Source of the DNA: Candidatus Methanoperedenaceae archaeon
GTDB taxonomy: Archaea; Halobacteriota; Methanosarcinia; Methanosarcinales; Methanoperedenaceae
Length of the DNA: 64,000 nucleotides
Direction of reading: 5' to 3'
NCBI GenBank assembly: GCA_963753595.1
Contig: CAVWCX010000018.1
Span: 1-64,000, forward strand
Numbering within the stretch: the first letter of the stretch is position 1; the number at the start of each line of letters is the position of its first letter. The translations under genes were made by a program, and so were the position numbers. This document shows positions 38,501 through 48,349 of this stretch, piece by piece. The notes beneath the pieces were generated by a model. It made no database searches, was not told where the DNA came from, and saw only the letters and a list, made by a program, of their open reading frames with translations.

Positions 38501-38731
38501 TTATTCACACGAGCCTGGCAGAAGTATATTCCCACAATCACTGCATACGAATCTCGGAAGACCTTTTTTCAGCATTTTCACAGGCGCCGGATATCCCCCT
38601 TCCCAGATCGGAAGGTCAATCCTGTGTGCATGCCCCATACATAGCCCTTTGCCGCACATTATGCAGATAGATACGGATTCTTCCACAGTTCCACTTTCTG
38701 CGCATTGATAACATCTCAACATAAAGATCAC
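38501..38731 (-). CDS. DUF2180-family Cys-rich protein
   Basis: CYQC...[12 protein letters not shown]...CSDC. Confidence 0.8.
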   Translation of the reverse strand: MIFMLRCYQCAESGTVEESVSICIMCGKGLCMGHAHRIDLPIWEGGYPAPVKMLKKGLPRFVCSDCGNILLPGSCE

Positions 38732-38940
38732 CAGTTCTCCTTAAGTGCTTCATGACAGGGCGGGCACATTATTCGTTTCATGTTCTCTACATCTTTTTCA
38801 AGCCTTACCGGATAGTCACCTTTCCAGACAGGCGTTTGTTCATAGATCGCATGATCCATGCAAACACCCATCCCGCATACGATACAGACTGCAACTGCGT
38901 CAGTATCTTTTCCCATTTTGGCGCAAACATAACATTTCAT
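38728..38940 (-). CDS. DUF2180-family Cys-rich protein
   Basis: MKCYVC...AVAVCIVCGMGVCMDH...CPPC. Confidence 0.85.
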   Translation of the reverse strand: MKCYVCAKMGKDTDAVAVCIVCGMGVCMDHAIYEQTPVWKGDYPVRLEKDVENMKRIMCPPCHEALKENW

Positions 38941-38946
38941 ACAAGT

Positions 38947-39630
38947 TCACTCTCCTTCACCTGCCATCAGTCCTTCTTTTATCAACAGATCGCTCCTTAC
39001 CGAGTGGGTTGATTCTATTTTTTTGCCCAGTATCTGCCGGATCTCTTTTGCCAGTTCATTGAGCTTTATTCGTGAACAGGTCTCACCTCGCGTTATCCCG
39101 CTGACGATCGTGACCACAGTGCCTTCTGTTTCCGGAATTTTGGGTTTTACAAGTTTTGTTTTAATACCTGCTTTTGCGAAATCCTCAAAATCTATCGGAT
39201 ATTCACAGGCAATTACCGCCGGGATATTTATATATTTCAGGATTTTCTTTGTCTTTGAGATTATATGGGAATTCACATTTCCCATATTGAGCAATACGAT
39301 CTTGTGCCTTGCTATCTGTTCGATCTCTTTAGCGGTCAAACCGAAATTTGCCCCATATCCTTTTGAAACATTTGAAGATCCGGTTTCATCCATGGGAACA
39401 CCTGCACCTGACTCAAGCACAAGAACGCTAACCTGTATGCTTTCTCTCCTGAGTCCCTGAGTTATTTCACATACCGGTTTTGTGATATGCCTGCGGCCAG
39501 GAGACATGGCAATAGCTACTACATCCGGCCTTGCGGCTTCAGACAGGGTGCCTCTCTGGGCAAGACCGCCGCCCCGCCCAAGGCCCATTGTTTCCCTGCA
39601 ATCTACTAATTGTGTTTCTCTTCCGAACAT
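38947..39630 (-). CDS. mcrC: Methyl-coenzyme M reductase operon protein C homologue (stand-alone)
   Basis: VDCRETMGLGRGGGLAQRGTLSE, MSPGRRHITKPVCEIT, DFEDFAKAG, GITRGETC. Confidence 0.9.
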   Translation of the reverse strand: MFGRETQLVDCRETMGLGRGGGLAQRGTLSEAARPDVVAIAMSPGRRHITKPVCEITQGLRRESIQVSVLVLESGAGVPMDETGSSNVSKGYGANFGLTAKEIEQIARHKIVLLNMGNVNSHIISKTKKILKYINIPAVIACEYPIDFEDFAKAGIKTKLVKPKIPETEGTVVTIVSGITRGETCSRIKLNELAKEIRQILGKKIESTHSVRSDLLIKEGLMAGEGE

Positions 39631-39631
39631 A

Positions 39632-40051
39632 TTATTTTTTTATTGAAAGTGTTGTTTCCCAGGTATCTGCATGACCTTCTTCGTCTGAAAGGATCTCCTC
39701 AAGCATGAGCCTTGTTACCGGGTCATTTTCTTCGATAGCAAGTTTGATGTGCTCTTTATATTGCTTTATCGCGGAATTTTCCTTAGCAAGATCATCCGTT
39801 ATCATTTTCTTCAGGTCCCCGCCCTCTACAATTGGCTCTGGCTTCTTTGTCGGGGTCCCGCCAAGATAGACGATTCGCTCACCGAGCTTCTCTGCATGTC
39901 CCATTTCATCCTTTGCAGTTGATTTGAATATCTCAAGTATAGCCGGGCTTTCCATTCCCTCTCCCTCGTAATGATGTTTCATATATTGTATGATCGCACT
40001 CAATTCTCCTTCCCTGTCCTTGTTCAATGCATCAATTATTTTCTGGCTCAT
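39632..40051 (-). CDS. Bacterioferritin / ferritin-like di-iron protein
   Basis: ELSAIIQY, DEMGHAE, ERIVYLGG, EEILSDEEGH. Confidence 0.9.
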   Translation of the reverse strand: MSQKIIDALNKDREGELSAIIQYMKHHYEGEGMESPAILEIFKSTAKDEMGHAEKLGERIVYLGGTPTKKPEPIVEGGDLKKMITDDLAKENSAIKQYKEHIKLAIEENDPVTRLMLEEILSDEEGHADTWETTLSIKK

Positions 40052-40118
40052 TTTATCCTCCTGTTTAACTGAAATCTCATTGATATATCAATGACTATAA
40101 ATTTAGCTAATATTTTAT

Positions 40119-40520
40119 TTAGTGTCTTCTTCTTCCGCCCATGCAGCCGTGGCCATGTCCATGTTCTTCTTCTTTGCCTTCCATAATTTTCAAAGCTCTC
40201 TTGCATGTGGCTACACCTGGGGCGCCTGAGGTAATGAAAACCACATTCATTGTTTCCAATATTTCTTCCCTGGTCGCACCATGGTTGAGTGCACTCCTCA
40301 TCTGTGATTCGCAGCATGGTTCACATCTTTGCGCTGCCATGACAGCAAGCGACATCAATACTTTCACCTTTGCAGAAAGGGCCCCATCCTCCTGGATGTG
40401 TTCATCGCATTTCTTATAATGTTCAAACATTTCGGGATTTATTTCACCCATCATGTTCATTATTTCGGGAGTAAATCCCATTTTACCTTCTATGCTATCT
40501 ATTACTTTCTTAGGTTCCAT
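40119..40520 (-). CDS. Carboxymuconolactone decarboxylase/AhpD-family protein with a His-rich tail
   Basis: [21 protein letters not shown]...GATREEILE; tail HGHGHGC. Confidence 0.85.
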   Translation of the reverse strand: MEPKKVIDSIEGKMGFTPEIMNMMGEINPEMFEHYKKCDEHIQEDGALSAKVKVLMSLAVMAAQRCEPCCESQMRSALNHGATREEILETMNVVFITSGAPGVATCKRALKIMEGKEEEHGHGHGCMGGRRRH

Positions 40521-40587
40521 ATTTTTCTCCCATAGTATATCTTTGTTCAGAGTTTATTTAATCTTTTGCCTGTAATTTTGAAAGGAC

Positions 40588-40995
40588 CTATTGAAGGTCA
40601 ATAACTTTCTTCAAGCCTTCTTCTGCTTCTATTGCGAATTTGCTTATTTTATCATAACCTGATAAGGAGTTTGCAGTGCTTAATGCAACAGTTGGTTTAT
40701 AGAGTGAGACTTTAGTTTTTCCTTTGTCGGAATAAACTGCTATCTTGCAGGGAATGATCAGACCCGCCAGCTTGTTTATGGAAAGTCCCTGATGTGCAAG
40801 ACCTGGATTGCATACATCCAGAATAATGTAATCATCATATTCAATTCCTAATTTTTCTGCAAGGATCTTTTGCACATCAATGACGCTCAATACGCCCCAT
40901 TTGTTAGTTTTGAGGTCTTCTGTAAGCTTTTCTACTGCGGATTTTACACTAAGTTTTGATTCTTTTGTGTAATCGATCATATCTTCCAACTCCAT
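40588..40995 (-). CDS. DUF302-family protein
   Basis: WGVLSVIDV...YIILDVCNP...IIPCKIAVY. Confidence 0.85.
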   Translation of the reverse strand: MELEDMIDYTKESKLSVKSAVEKLTEDLKTNKWGVLSVIDVQKILAEKLGIEYDDYIILDVCNPGLAHQGLSINKLAGLIIPCKIAVYSDKGKTKVSLYKPTVALSTANSLSGYDKISKFAIEAEEGLKKVIDLQ

Positions 40996-41202
40996 CCTCT
41001 TAATTTGTCTTCCAAGTGTAATAAAAGGTTGGATTGGAAGGGAGCGGGCTGTATGGCAGGAATTTATTTAGGACAAAACAAAAGGCAATAGAGGATGATT
41101 ATGATAACTATTATATTAATTTTTTAAATGGATGAATATTTAAACTTTAATATCTTTTTTAATATTGTTGGATTAAAAACAATTAGTATATCTTGAGGAT
41201 AG

Positions 41203-41730
41203 ATGTTGGAAACTCCCGAACAAAGAACAAAATTATTAAAAGCTGGCTTCTCTGGAAAAGAAATTGAGAGGCTTTATATTGAACAAAATAACATCAAAAT
41301 AGTCAATTTCCCTTTACTGCATGAAACAATGAATTTAAAAGGAGTTAATATGAATAAACCTGATATAATCAATATTGATGACACAGAAGAAATCACAAAC
41401 ATACTTATGTCCCTGGGAATTAGCAGGAATGCTGCTGCAGCTCTTAGCTATCTTAAAAATTCGAATTCAGCCACATCCATTGACCTGGAACGGTCAGCTA
41501 GGCTACGCCAGCCTGAAGTCAGCATAGCCATGAAACAATTAAAGGAATGGGGCTGGATATATGAATGTGAAGATAAGAAGACAGGCAGAGGAAGACCGAA
41601 TAAGATTTATTCGCTTAAAGTTGGCTTTAATGGCATAATCGCCCAGTTTGAAGAACAGCAATCGAAAGCATTTGATGAGGCTAAAACAAAGATTGAGCGG
41701 TTGAAAGAATTAGGAAACATTAGATGGTGA
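41203..41730 (+). CDS. ArsR/TrmB-like wHTH transcriptional regulator (HTH domain starts near 41350)
   Basis: SIDLERSARLRQPEVSIAMKQL...GRGRPNKIYSL. Confidence 0.8.
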   Translation: MLETPEQRTKLLKAGFSGKEIERLYIEQNNIKIVNFPLLHETMNLKGVNMNKPDIINIDDTEEITNILMSLGISRNAAAALSYLKNSNSATSIDLERSARLRQPEVSIAMKQLKEWGWIYECEDKKTGRGRPNKIYSLKVGFNGIIAQFEEQQSKAFDEAKTKIERLKELGNIRW

Positions 41731-41789
41731 AATTAAAGTAACATAAATAGTAACATAAATAATAAAATTTTGTAGCTCAACAGATGTTA

Positions 41790-43100
41790 CTATTTTTTCA
41801 GTCTGGCTATCCAATAAATAAATGCTATTGTTATAAAAAATAGCATTGCAATTAATATAATATTAAAAGACACAGGTTTTTTCACAGTATCTTTTGCGAT
41901 TTCAGCGGTCTGCTTTGGTGATGGGCTGGAAGTAATTGTTTGTGCGGGGGTAAATATTTCCGGTTGTGCCGGTGGATGGTATATCACCTGAATATTTTCA
42001 GTAATATTATTCCCATTCGTATCCCATGCATTTATGGTGATATTATTAGTCCCTTCCTGAAGCCTGACTATTTGATCCCAAACTTCAGTTCCGGAAAAAT
42101 TTCCATTTACCAGAACTTCTTTAATTCCATTCTTATCAGAAGCAGTACCTGAGATGCTAATTTCCTGTTTTGAAAATATTTCCTCCTGCACCGGTTTTTC
42201 AATTATTATCTGTGGAGGAATGGTATCGGGGACTTTGAAGATATGCCATGTGTCACCTGATGCCGCATAGATATAATCACCTGATGGATGGATCGCAATA
42301 GCTGTTCTATCTTTTATTTCGTTTATAAAAAATGTGCCAGTATTATTTGGTGCATACGGATTGCTGACATTCAGCACGTTATATTCAGATGTCCCGTCTG
42401 CCCTGGCAAGATAAACATCATTTCCATGTATCGATATATCATATACACTTTTCCCAAGAGAGTGAAAGACCTGCTCTGGACTTTCCGGATCGGATACATC
42501 AACAATATAAAATCCGTTTCTTTTTTCTGCACTTAAGAAAACATAATCCCCGGAAACTTCAATTGATATCCCTGCCCATCCTTGAAGAGTCCCACTAATA
42601 TTGGATTTAAAGACATAGAACATCCCGGCAAGTTCAGGATTTTTCCGGTTGGTTAAATTAAAAATAAGAAATCCAGTGTTCGTATCAGCTACATACATAT
42701 ATTTTTCAGTCACTGCAACATCATTTGCATTGTCCAGATAGGTCATCTGTTGTAATTTTGTGGGATTTTCAGGATCACTGATATTGAGCACATTTATCCA
42801 ACCCGGACCTGATGCTATATACAGACGCTCTTCCAGAATAGATATCCCATAAACCTTACCATCAAAATCTGTAACTTTATTGAGCAGCCCGGGCTTTTCA
42901 GGGTTGCTTACATTGTATATGAGCAATGAATTTCCATCAGCAATGAACATATAATCCTTATAGAATTCGGCATCGTGAGGTTCGGAGGTTGTGAAAATGC
43001 CAACTTCTGTCAGGTTTTTTAAGGGTTCAGATTGTGCCGGACCCGCGATTAAACCCAATACCAGAATAAATAAAATAAAGCTTCGGATCATATCCCACAT
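41790..43100 (-). CDS. Cell-surface LVIVD-repeat beta-propeller protein with an Ig-like domain and C-terminal TM
   Basis: Signal peptide; repeats YIA...INVLNISDPENP; DTIPPQIII...GTASD; Thr/Pro linker; TM plus a basic tail. Confidence 0.85.
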   Translation of the reverse strand: MWDMIRSFILFILVLGLIAGPAQSEPLKNLTEVGIFTTSEPHDAEFYKDYMFIADGNSLLIYNVSNPEKPGLLNKVTDFDGKVYGISILEERLYIASGPGWINVLNISDPENPTKLQQMTYLDNANDVAVTEKYMYVADTNTGFLIFNLTNRKNPELAGMFYVFKSNISGTLQGWAGISIEVSGDYVFLSAEKRNGFYIVDVSDPESPEQVFHSLGKSVYDISIHGNDVYLARADGTSEYNVLNVSNPYAPNNTGTFFINEIKDRTAIAIHPSGDYIYAASGDTWHIFKVPDTIPPQIIIEKPVQEEIFSKQEISISGTASDKNGIKEVLVNGNFSGTEVWDQIVRLQEGTNNITINAWDTNGNNITENIQVIYHPPAQPEIFTPAQTITSSPSPKQTAEIAKDTVKKPVSFNIILIAMLFFITIAFIYWIARLKK

Positions 43101-43126
43101 AATTATGTTATGATGGCTGTTAATAT

Positions 43127-44527
43127 TTATAATTTTTCCGGCTTCAGGTACTCATCAATCGCCCTTGCCGCAATCTTTCCCGCGCCCATAGCGCTTATCA
43201 CGGTTGCTGCACCTGTAACTGCGTCGCCTCCTGCGAAAACTCCTTCTTTTGTGGTCGCGCCGTTTTCTTTTGCGATGATCGTCCCGTGCTTTGATATCCC
43301 AAGCCCGATCGTCGTTCGCGGCACAAGTGGATTCGGCGATGTACCGATAGCGATTATCACGACATCTGCTTCTATTTTATGTTCAGTTCCAGCAAGAGGC
43401 ATGGGTTTGCATCTTCCAGACTCATCAGGCTCGCACAGGTACATATTAATGCATTCAATATCAGTTACCCAGTTCTTGGCATCGCCATTGAGCCTTACAG
43501 GATTTGTAAGAAGCCTGAACTTGATGCCTTCTTCTTTTGCATGCCCTATTTCCTCAGCCCGCGCCGGCATTTCTTCTTCTCCACGCCTGTAAACGATCGT
43601 GACCTCCTGCGCCCCAAGCCGCAGGGCGCACCTGGCTGAGTCCATTGCCACATTGCCGCCGCCCACGACGACCACATGTTTTCCTTTCTTGATAGGTGTA
43701 TCATAATCCGGGAATTTGTAGGATTTCATGAGATTTACACGCGTCAGGAATTCATTGGCTGAATAAACCCCATTAAGGTTCTCTCCATCAATATTAAGGA
43801 ACATGGGCAATCCTGCACCAGTTCCAAGGAATACGGCATCGAAATCAGAGAGTAATTCATCGACAGTATCAATTTTCCCGATCACCGAATCAAGAAGAAG
43901 CGTAACTCCGAGTTTTTTGACATACTCCACCTCGGCACGAACTATATCCTTTGGAAGACGGAATTCCGGGATACCATACGTAAGAACGCCACCTGCCGCA
44001 TGGAGTGCCTCGAAGATCGTTACTGAGTGGCCCATTCTTGCAAGGTCTGCTCCAGCTGTTAATCCGGCAGGCCCTGAACCTACAACTGCGACTTTTTTCC
44101 CTGAAGGTTTCGGCTTTTCAGGGATTTCCACTTTTTTCTTACGTTCCTGATCTGAAACAAAGCGCTCAAGCCTGCCTATAGATACAGGTTCTCCCTTCTT
44201 GCCAAGGATACACGACGCTTCGCACTGTGTCTCCTGGGGGCAAACGCGTCCGCAAACGGCAGGAAGTGCATTATCAGTTTTTATCTCCTTTATCGCGCTG
44301 TCAAAATCACCAATTGACACATATTTGATAAAACCAGGAATCCTTACTTCAACAGGACAGCCTTCGACACACTTTGGTTTCTTGCACTGGATGCATCTTT
44401 TTGCCTCTTCTATTGCCTGTTCGCCAGTGAAACCAAGTGCAACTTCATTGAAATTTGCCCGACGGACCTTAGGGTCCTGCTCTGGCATTTTCTGGCGACC
44501 TAACATTTGCATCCCTCCCTCTGACAT
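43127..44527 (-). CDS. nfnB: NfnB / sulfide dehydrogenase alpha (GltD-like flavoprotein)
   Basis: EAKRCIQC..CVEGCP, VCGRVCPQETQCE, GSGPAG, GGGNVAMD, FAGGD. Confidence 0.88.
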   Translation of the reverse strand: MSEGGMQMLGRQKMPEQDPKVRRANFNEVALGFTGEQAIEEAKRCIQCKKPKCVEGCPVEVRIPGFIKYVSIGDFDSAIKEIKTDNALPAVCGRVCPQETQCEASCILGKKGEPVSIGRLERFVSDQERKKKVEIPEKPKPSGKKVAVVGSGPAGLTAGADLARMGHSVTIFEALHAAGGVLTYGIPEFRLPKDIVRAEVEYVKKLGVTLLLDSVIGKIDTVDELLSDFDAVFLGTGAGLPMFLNIDGENLNGVYSANEFLTRVNLMKSYKFPDYDTPIKKGKHVVVVGGGNVAMDSARCALRLGAQEVTIVYRRGEEEMPARAEEIGHAKEEGIKFRLLTNPVRLNGDAKNWVTDIECINMYLCEPDESGRCKPMPLAGTEHKIEADVVIIAIGTSPNPLVPRTTIGLGISKHGTIIAKENGATTKEGVFAGGDAVTGAATVISAMGAGKIAARAIDEYLKPEKL

Positions 44528-45345
44528 TTATATTTCTCAAATGCAAGCTTTTCCTCTGGCTGGTAAATAGCAAGCCTGTTCATCAGCAGCGTAAAATCCA
44601 CAAGATGCGCATCAAATTCCGGCCCATCCACGCATGCGAATTTTGTCTCGTTTCCCACAAGCACCCTGCAGGCGCCGCACATACCGGTCCCATCAACCAT
44701 TATCGAATTAAGGCTTACTATGGTCTTTACATTAAATGGCTTTGTAACTCCTGCTACCGCCCGCATCATTACCGGGGGGCCAATAGCGATCACTCTGTCC
44801 ACTATAGTTGCGCTTTCAAGTATTTTTTTAACAATATCGGTCACAAAACCATGGTGGCCTTTTGAACCGTCATCAGTTGTAATATACAGTTCATCGCTGA
44901 ATTCTCTCATTTTATCTTCCCATAACAGGAGATTTGCGCTTCGCGCGCCGATGATGGAAATGACTTTATTTCCGGCTTCCTTAAAAGCCCTGGCCTGCGG
45001 GAAAACAGGCGCTACACCTACCCCCCCGCCTACAAGAATTACCGTTCCTTCGTTTTCAATATGGGCTGGATTTCCAAGCGGCCCTATGAAATCCAGGAGA
45101 TAATCCCCTTCTTTAAGAGTTGACAATTGTGTGGTTGTTTTTCCCATTGCCTGGAAGATCATCGTAATAGTTCCTTTTTTCCGGTCAAAATCAGCGATCG
45201 TGAGAGGTATCCTTTCGCCTGTGTCATCAATCCTCAGGATGACGAACTGTCCGGGCTGTGCTTTCCTGGCAATACGGGGAGCGCTTATATCCATCAAATG
45301 GATCGTAGGAACAAGTTCCTGTTTAGTTAAGATCTTAAATGGCAT
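44500..45345 (-). CDS. nfnA: NfnA / sulfide dehydrogenase beta (ferredoxin-NADP reductase subunit)
   Basis: GERIPLTIAD, GGGVG, MVDGTGMCGACRV, ACVDGPEFD. Confidence 0.88.
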   Translation of the reverse strand: MPFKILTKQELVPTIHLMDISAPRIARKAQPGQFVILRIDDTGERIPLTIADFDRKKGTITMIFQAMGKTTTQLSTLKEGDYLLDFIGPLGNPAHIENEGTVILVGGGVGVAPVFPQARAFKEAGNKVISIIGARSANLLLWEDKMREFSDELYITTDDGSKGHHGFVTDIVKKILESATIVDRVIAIGPPVMMRAVAGVTKPFNVKTIVSLNSIMVDGTGMCGACRVLVGNETKFACVDGPEFDAHLVDFTLLMNRLAIYQPEEKLAFEKYKCQREGCKC

Positions 45346-45429
45346 TTTTTCATCTCTGTAGGAAGTCTCTAAGTGGGTTTGGAATATAAAAATTATCCGT
45401 TTCTTAATTCATGATGTTATCTAGTGTTA

Positions 45430-47934
45430 TCATATAGATTCAACCTTCGCATCCATCCACCGGTCAACAAAAATGTACTTGAGCATATCGATTATCAAGA
45501 AGTTTGAACCGGTTTCTACCTCGATAGTCACTAAATTATCTTCATGGCTAAATTGAACAGAATTCAGGAGCTTTTTTTTCCTGTCCTTCGCTGCTACCTC
45601 AAAATAAACCTTTGCTTCATGTTTCTTTATATCAAAACCAAGCCCGTTTGAAATCAGGTATTCCTGCAAACGATTCTGGAAACTGTATTTTGACGGGTCA
45701 TTCCATTGGGATACTATCCTGAAATTATTTCCGATTTCTTTCCCGTCGAAAAATGTGATACTCAATAGTGATGAGTCTATACTTTTTTCCTTAAGATGTG
45801 AAAGGAATATTTCCTGGCTTCCTGAAAATTCAAAATCGTACAGGAATCGGCCGAAAAGGAAACCATATCCTTTGGAAGCTTGCATATTCTGCACCTGCCT
45901 GCATAAAAGATAGTCTTTAACCAGGGCAGGTATTTGTTCAAGAACAGTTTTCCCGATAAATGCGCATTTTGCTTCCGGGGTCAGGTAGCGCCCGGGTTCT
46001 TTTAATGTAACTGCTGCCTGAACGATCTTTGGCCTTTTCTTTTTCTCAACAGTGTTTTTGAGTCTTTCAAGATCTTCCCGCAAAACTTCAGGAATTAACA
46101 AAAGTTTTCGTTCTTCGCATCCACCACATCCGATGCAGCCACCTTTCCCTTCCAGGCAATAACTATTGTCAATAAAATTCCTGGCTTCGTTATACATCCT
46201 GTAAAGAAATGACTTGGCAGGAGTGCCTTTTACGCTTTCAAAAGGAAAAACATAAAACATGTCTTTAGGTTCGGATATCCTGTCACCGGATGTTGACCTT
46301 AATTCAGATAGGAGAGTTGGCTTATCACCGATAATATGCTCACCGTCAAAGTATCCGCCTTTTTCTGCAAATCCGGAAATGACACCAAAACATTCAAAAC
46401 CGGCAAGAACAATATGCTGCGATATCAGGAATTCTTCGATATCCTGTGCCATCCTGAATTCAAAATTATTGGTCTCACAATCCCTCTTTAAATCCCCTTT
46501 TACCTTTTTTATGGTCTCCGGGTCTTTTATGGTCTGGCTGAATTGCAGGGGTGTAAAAGGAAGGTTTGAAAGAAGCCCGAAACTCATAATTGTCCTGCAG
46601 CCTGGTGATAATTTCATTTTTAAATTTTTAAGCTTCATTATGAAAGATTTGAATTCCCGGCAGTCATTTTCATTTTCAAGACCTGTAATTATGAAAAATA
46701 ATTTTATTTGTCTTGGTTTTCTTGAATAGATGTGTTCAAGAGATGCAAGAAGCTCCTTTTCAGATAAGCTCTTATGCAAAAACCGTCTCATCCTGTCATT
46801 TATCCCTTCCACCCCCAATGTGAAAGTCCTTTTCCCGGAAAGTATCTCAAGATCAAGAAGGTCAGGGCGCATCGCGATGATATCTGCCCGCTGGCTCTTG
46901 AAATTCACAAATTTTGTAATTTCATTAAGATCAGCGATCACCTTTGCGATGCCTGTATGAAGATTGAAATTAAAACTCAAGGTATCAAATTCCGTCGGAG
47001 CATGTTTAATTTTTGCTTCAAGCGCTTTTGAAAGAATATCCTCCGGGTCATATTCCCGGAATGGTTTTCTTGTGTGCCCTTCAAAACAGAATGAGCAAAA
47101 GCATGGGCACCCCTGCGTTATCTGGAGTTTTACCGTGCTCTCGATATCGGTATTCAATATCGGGTATTCTGTGATGATATACGAAGCCTGCGGAATTTTT
47201 GGGGAAGCAGCGCTTATACTATCCGGTATTGGAAGCCTGATATCAAAGAAACCTTTTACTTCATTTTCAAGAATATGCAGGACCTGCGACTTTGGTTTTT
47301 CTAAGTTGTCATTCACGATAGCAGCGATTTTCCCTACAGCTCCTTCACCTTCCCCGAAAAACAACGCATCAATATAAGAATCACCGTCCGGCGATATAGC
47401 ACATTGGGCCATAAGAACATTTGAGCCGCCCATAATTACTATGGGGCGAAGCGTTCGTCGTTGCGATTTCAAACCGGGAATCCCGGTATTTGAAAAGAGA
47501 TATGGCAAATTGAATAATTCCAGAGTGAAAGAGTTGGATATTAGAACAAGGTCAAAATCATTTATTTGATGGAGAGATTGGATGCCCAGAAAAAATGGTA
47601 TTTTGTTCTCATTGAAAAACCGGATATTCTTTGGTTCCGGAAAAAATGCATAATCAATATATGCCAGAGGCAGCGCTCTTCGTATTTCCTGGAAAAGAAA
47701 ATTATGGGTTATTGATTCCCGGATATTCTGGAGAGGAGAAAGCCGAACGATCAATACCCGAAGCGTGGCATTCTCAAATGCGGGATTATTGAATGTGGGA
47801 TTATTGCGGGGAAAAAAGATGCGGTATCCCTCTATCTTATAAAAATTCTTTAAAATAATTCCCGAATGATCGATCATATATGTTGTAAATTCTTTGTGTC
47901 CCGATTTTAAACCCCTATTAACCTTCATGGACAT
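45430..47934 (-). CDS. B12-binding-type radical SAM protein (TIGR03960-like) with a C-terminal extension
   Basis: DALFFGEGE, QGCPCFCSFC, TLGVEG, IKLFFIITG; C-terminal CIGCGGC. Confidence 0.75.
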   Translation of the reverse strand: MSMKVNRGLKSGHKEFTTYMIDHSGIILKNFYKIEGYRIFFPRNNPTFNNPAFENATLRVLIVRLSPLQNIRESITHNFLFQEIRRALPLAYIDYAFFPEPKNIRFFNENKIPFFLGIQSLHQINDFDLVLISNSFTLELFNLPYLFSNTGIPGLKSQRRTLRPIVIMGGSNVLMAQCAISPDGDSYIDALFFGEGEGAVGKIAAIVNDNLEKPKSQVLHILENEVKGFFDIRLPIPDSISAASPKIPQASYIITEYPILNTDIESTVKLQITQGCPCFCSFCFEGHTRKPFREYDPEDILSKALEAKIKHAPTEFDTLSFNFNLHTGIAKVIADLNEITKFVNFKSQRADIIAMRPDLLDLEILSGKRTFTLGVEGINDRMRRFLHKSLSEKELLASLEHIYSRKPRQIKLFFIITGLENENDCREFKSFIMKLKNLKMKLSPGCRTIMSFGLLSNLPFTPLQFSQTIKDPETIKKVKGDLKRDCETNNFEFRMAQDIEEFLISQHIVLAGFECFGVISGFAEKGGYFDGEHIIGDKPTLLSELRSTSGDRISEPKDMFYVFPFESVKGTPAKSFLYRMYNEARNFIDNSYCLEGKGGCIGCGGCEERKLLLIPEVLREDLERLKNTVEKKKRPKIVQAAVTLKEPGRYLTPEAKCAFIGKTVLEQIPALVKDYLLCRQVQNMQASKGYGFLFGRFLYDFEFSGSQEIFLSHLKEKSIDSSLLSITFFDGKEIGNNFRIVSQWNDPSKYSFQNRLQEYLISNGLGFDIKKHEAKVYFEVAAKDRKKKLLNSVQFSHEDNLVTIEVETGSNFLIIDMLKYIFVDRWMDAKVESI

Positions 47935-48196
47935 AATGCCTTTTACAAAAATCTTACGATCTTTTACAAAATTGGAATCATATATTATAATTTTCTCATC
48001 ATGAAATTATTAAATCAGAGAGTAAGATTTATTAATGAGTTTTTTCATAATAGAATGCAGTGAAGTATTTGGTTCGAGAAATAATTTTCTTCAAAAACAT
48101 GCCACTTGAATTTTGTATAATCTATTTTTAATAATATTTACTAAAAGAGACCAAAATATTTATGATAATTTTTAATAAAAAAGCGGAGGATGAATC

Positions 48197-48343
48197 TTGA
48201 AGTATTGTGTTGACTGCAGATACTTCTCAACAAAAGTAAAAGGAAGCAATAGGGAACAATACGATGGTTCCTGCACCAGGATGAAAAAAAATGTGTATGA
48301 GACAAATCTTGGATGCAAAGAATTCAATGAAGAACGTGTTTAG
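48197..48343 (+). CDS. Small Cys-rich protein (48 aa, TTG start)
   Basis: MKYCVDCRYF...GSCTR...GCKEF; GGAGG SD upstream; ends 6 bp before the transporter. Confidence 0.55.
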   Translation: MKYCVDCRYFSTKVKGSNREQYDGSCTRMKKNVYETNLGCKEFNEERV

Positions 48344-48349
48344 GCACAA

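Noticed and set aside
41737-41760. 12-bp tandem duplication AGTAACATAAAT x2
   Set aside because: Two copies in an AT-rich convergent spacer; likely replication slippage.
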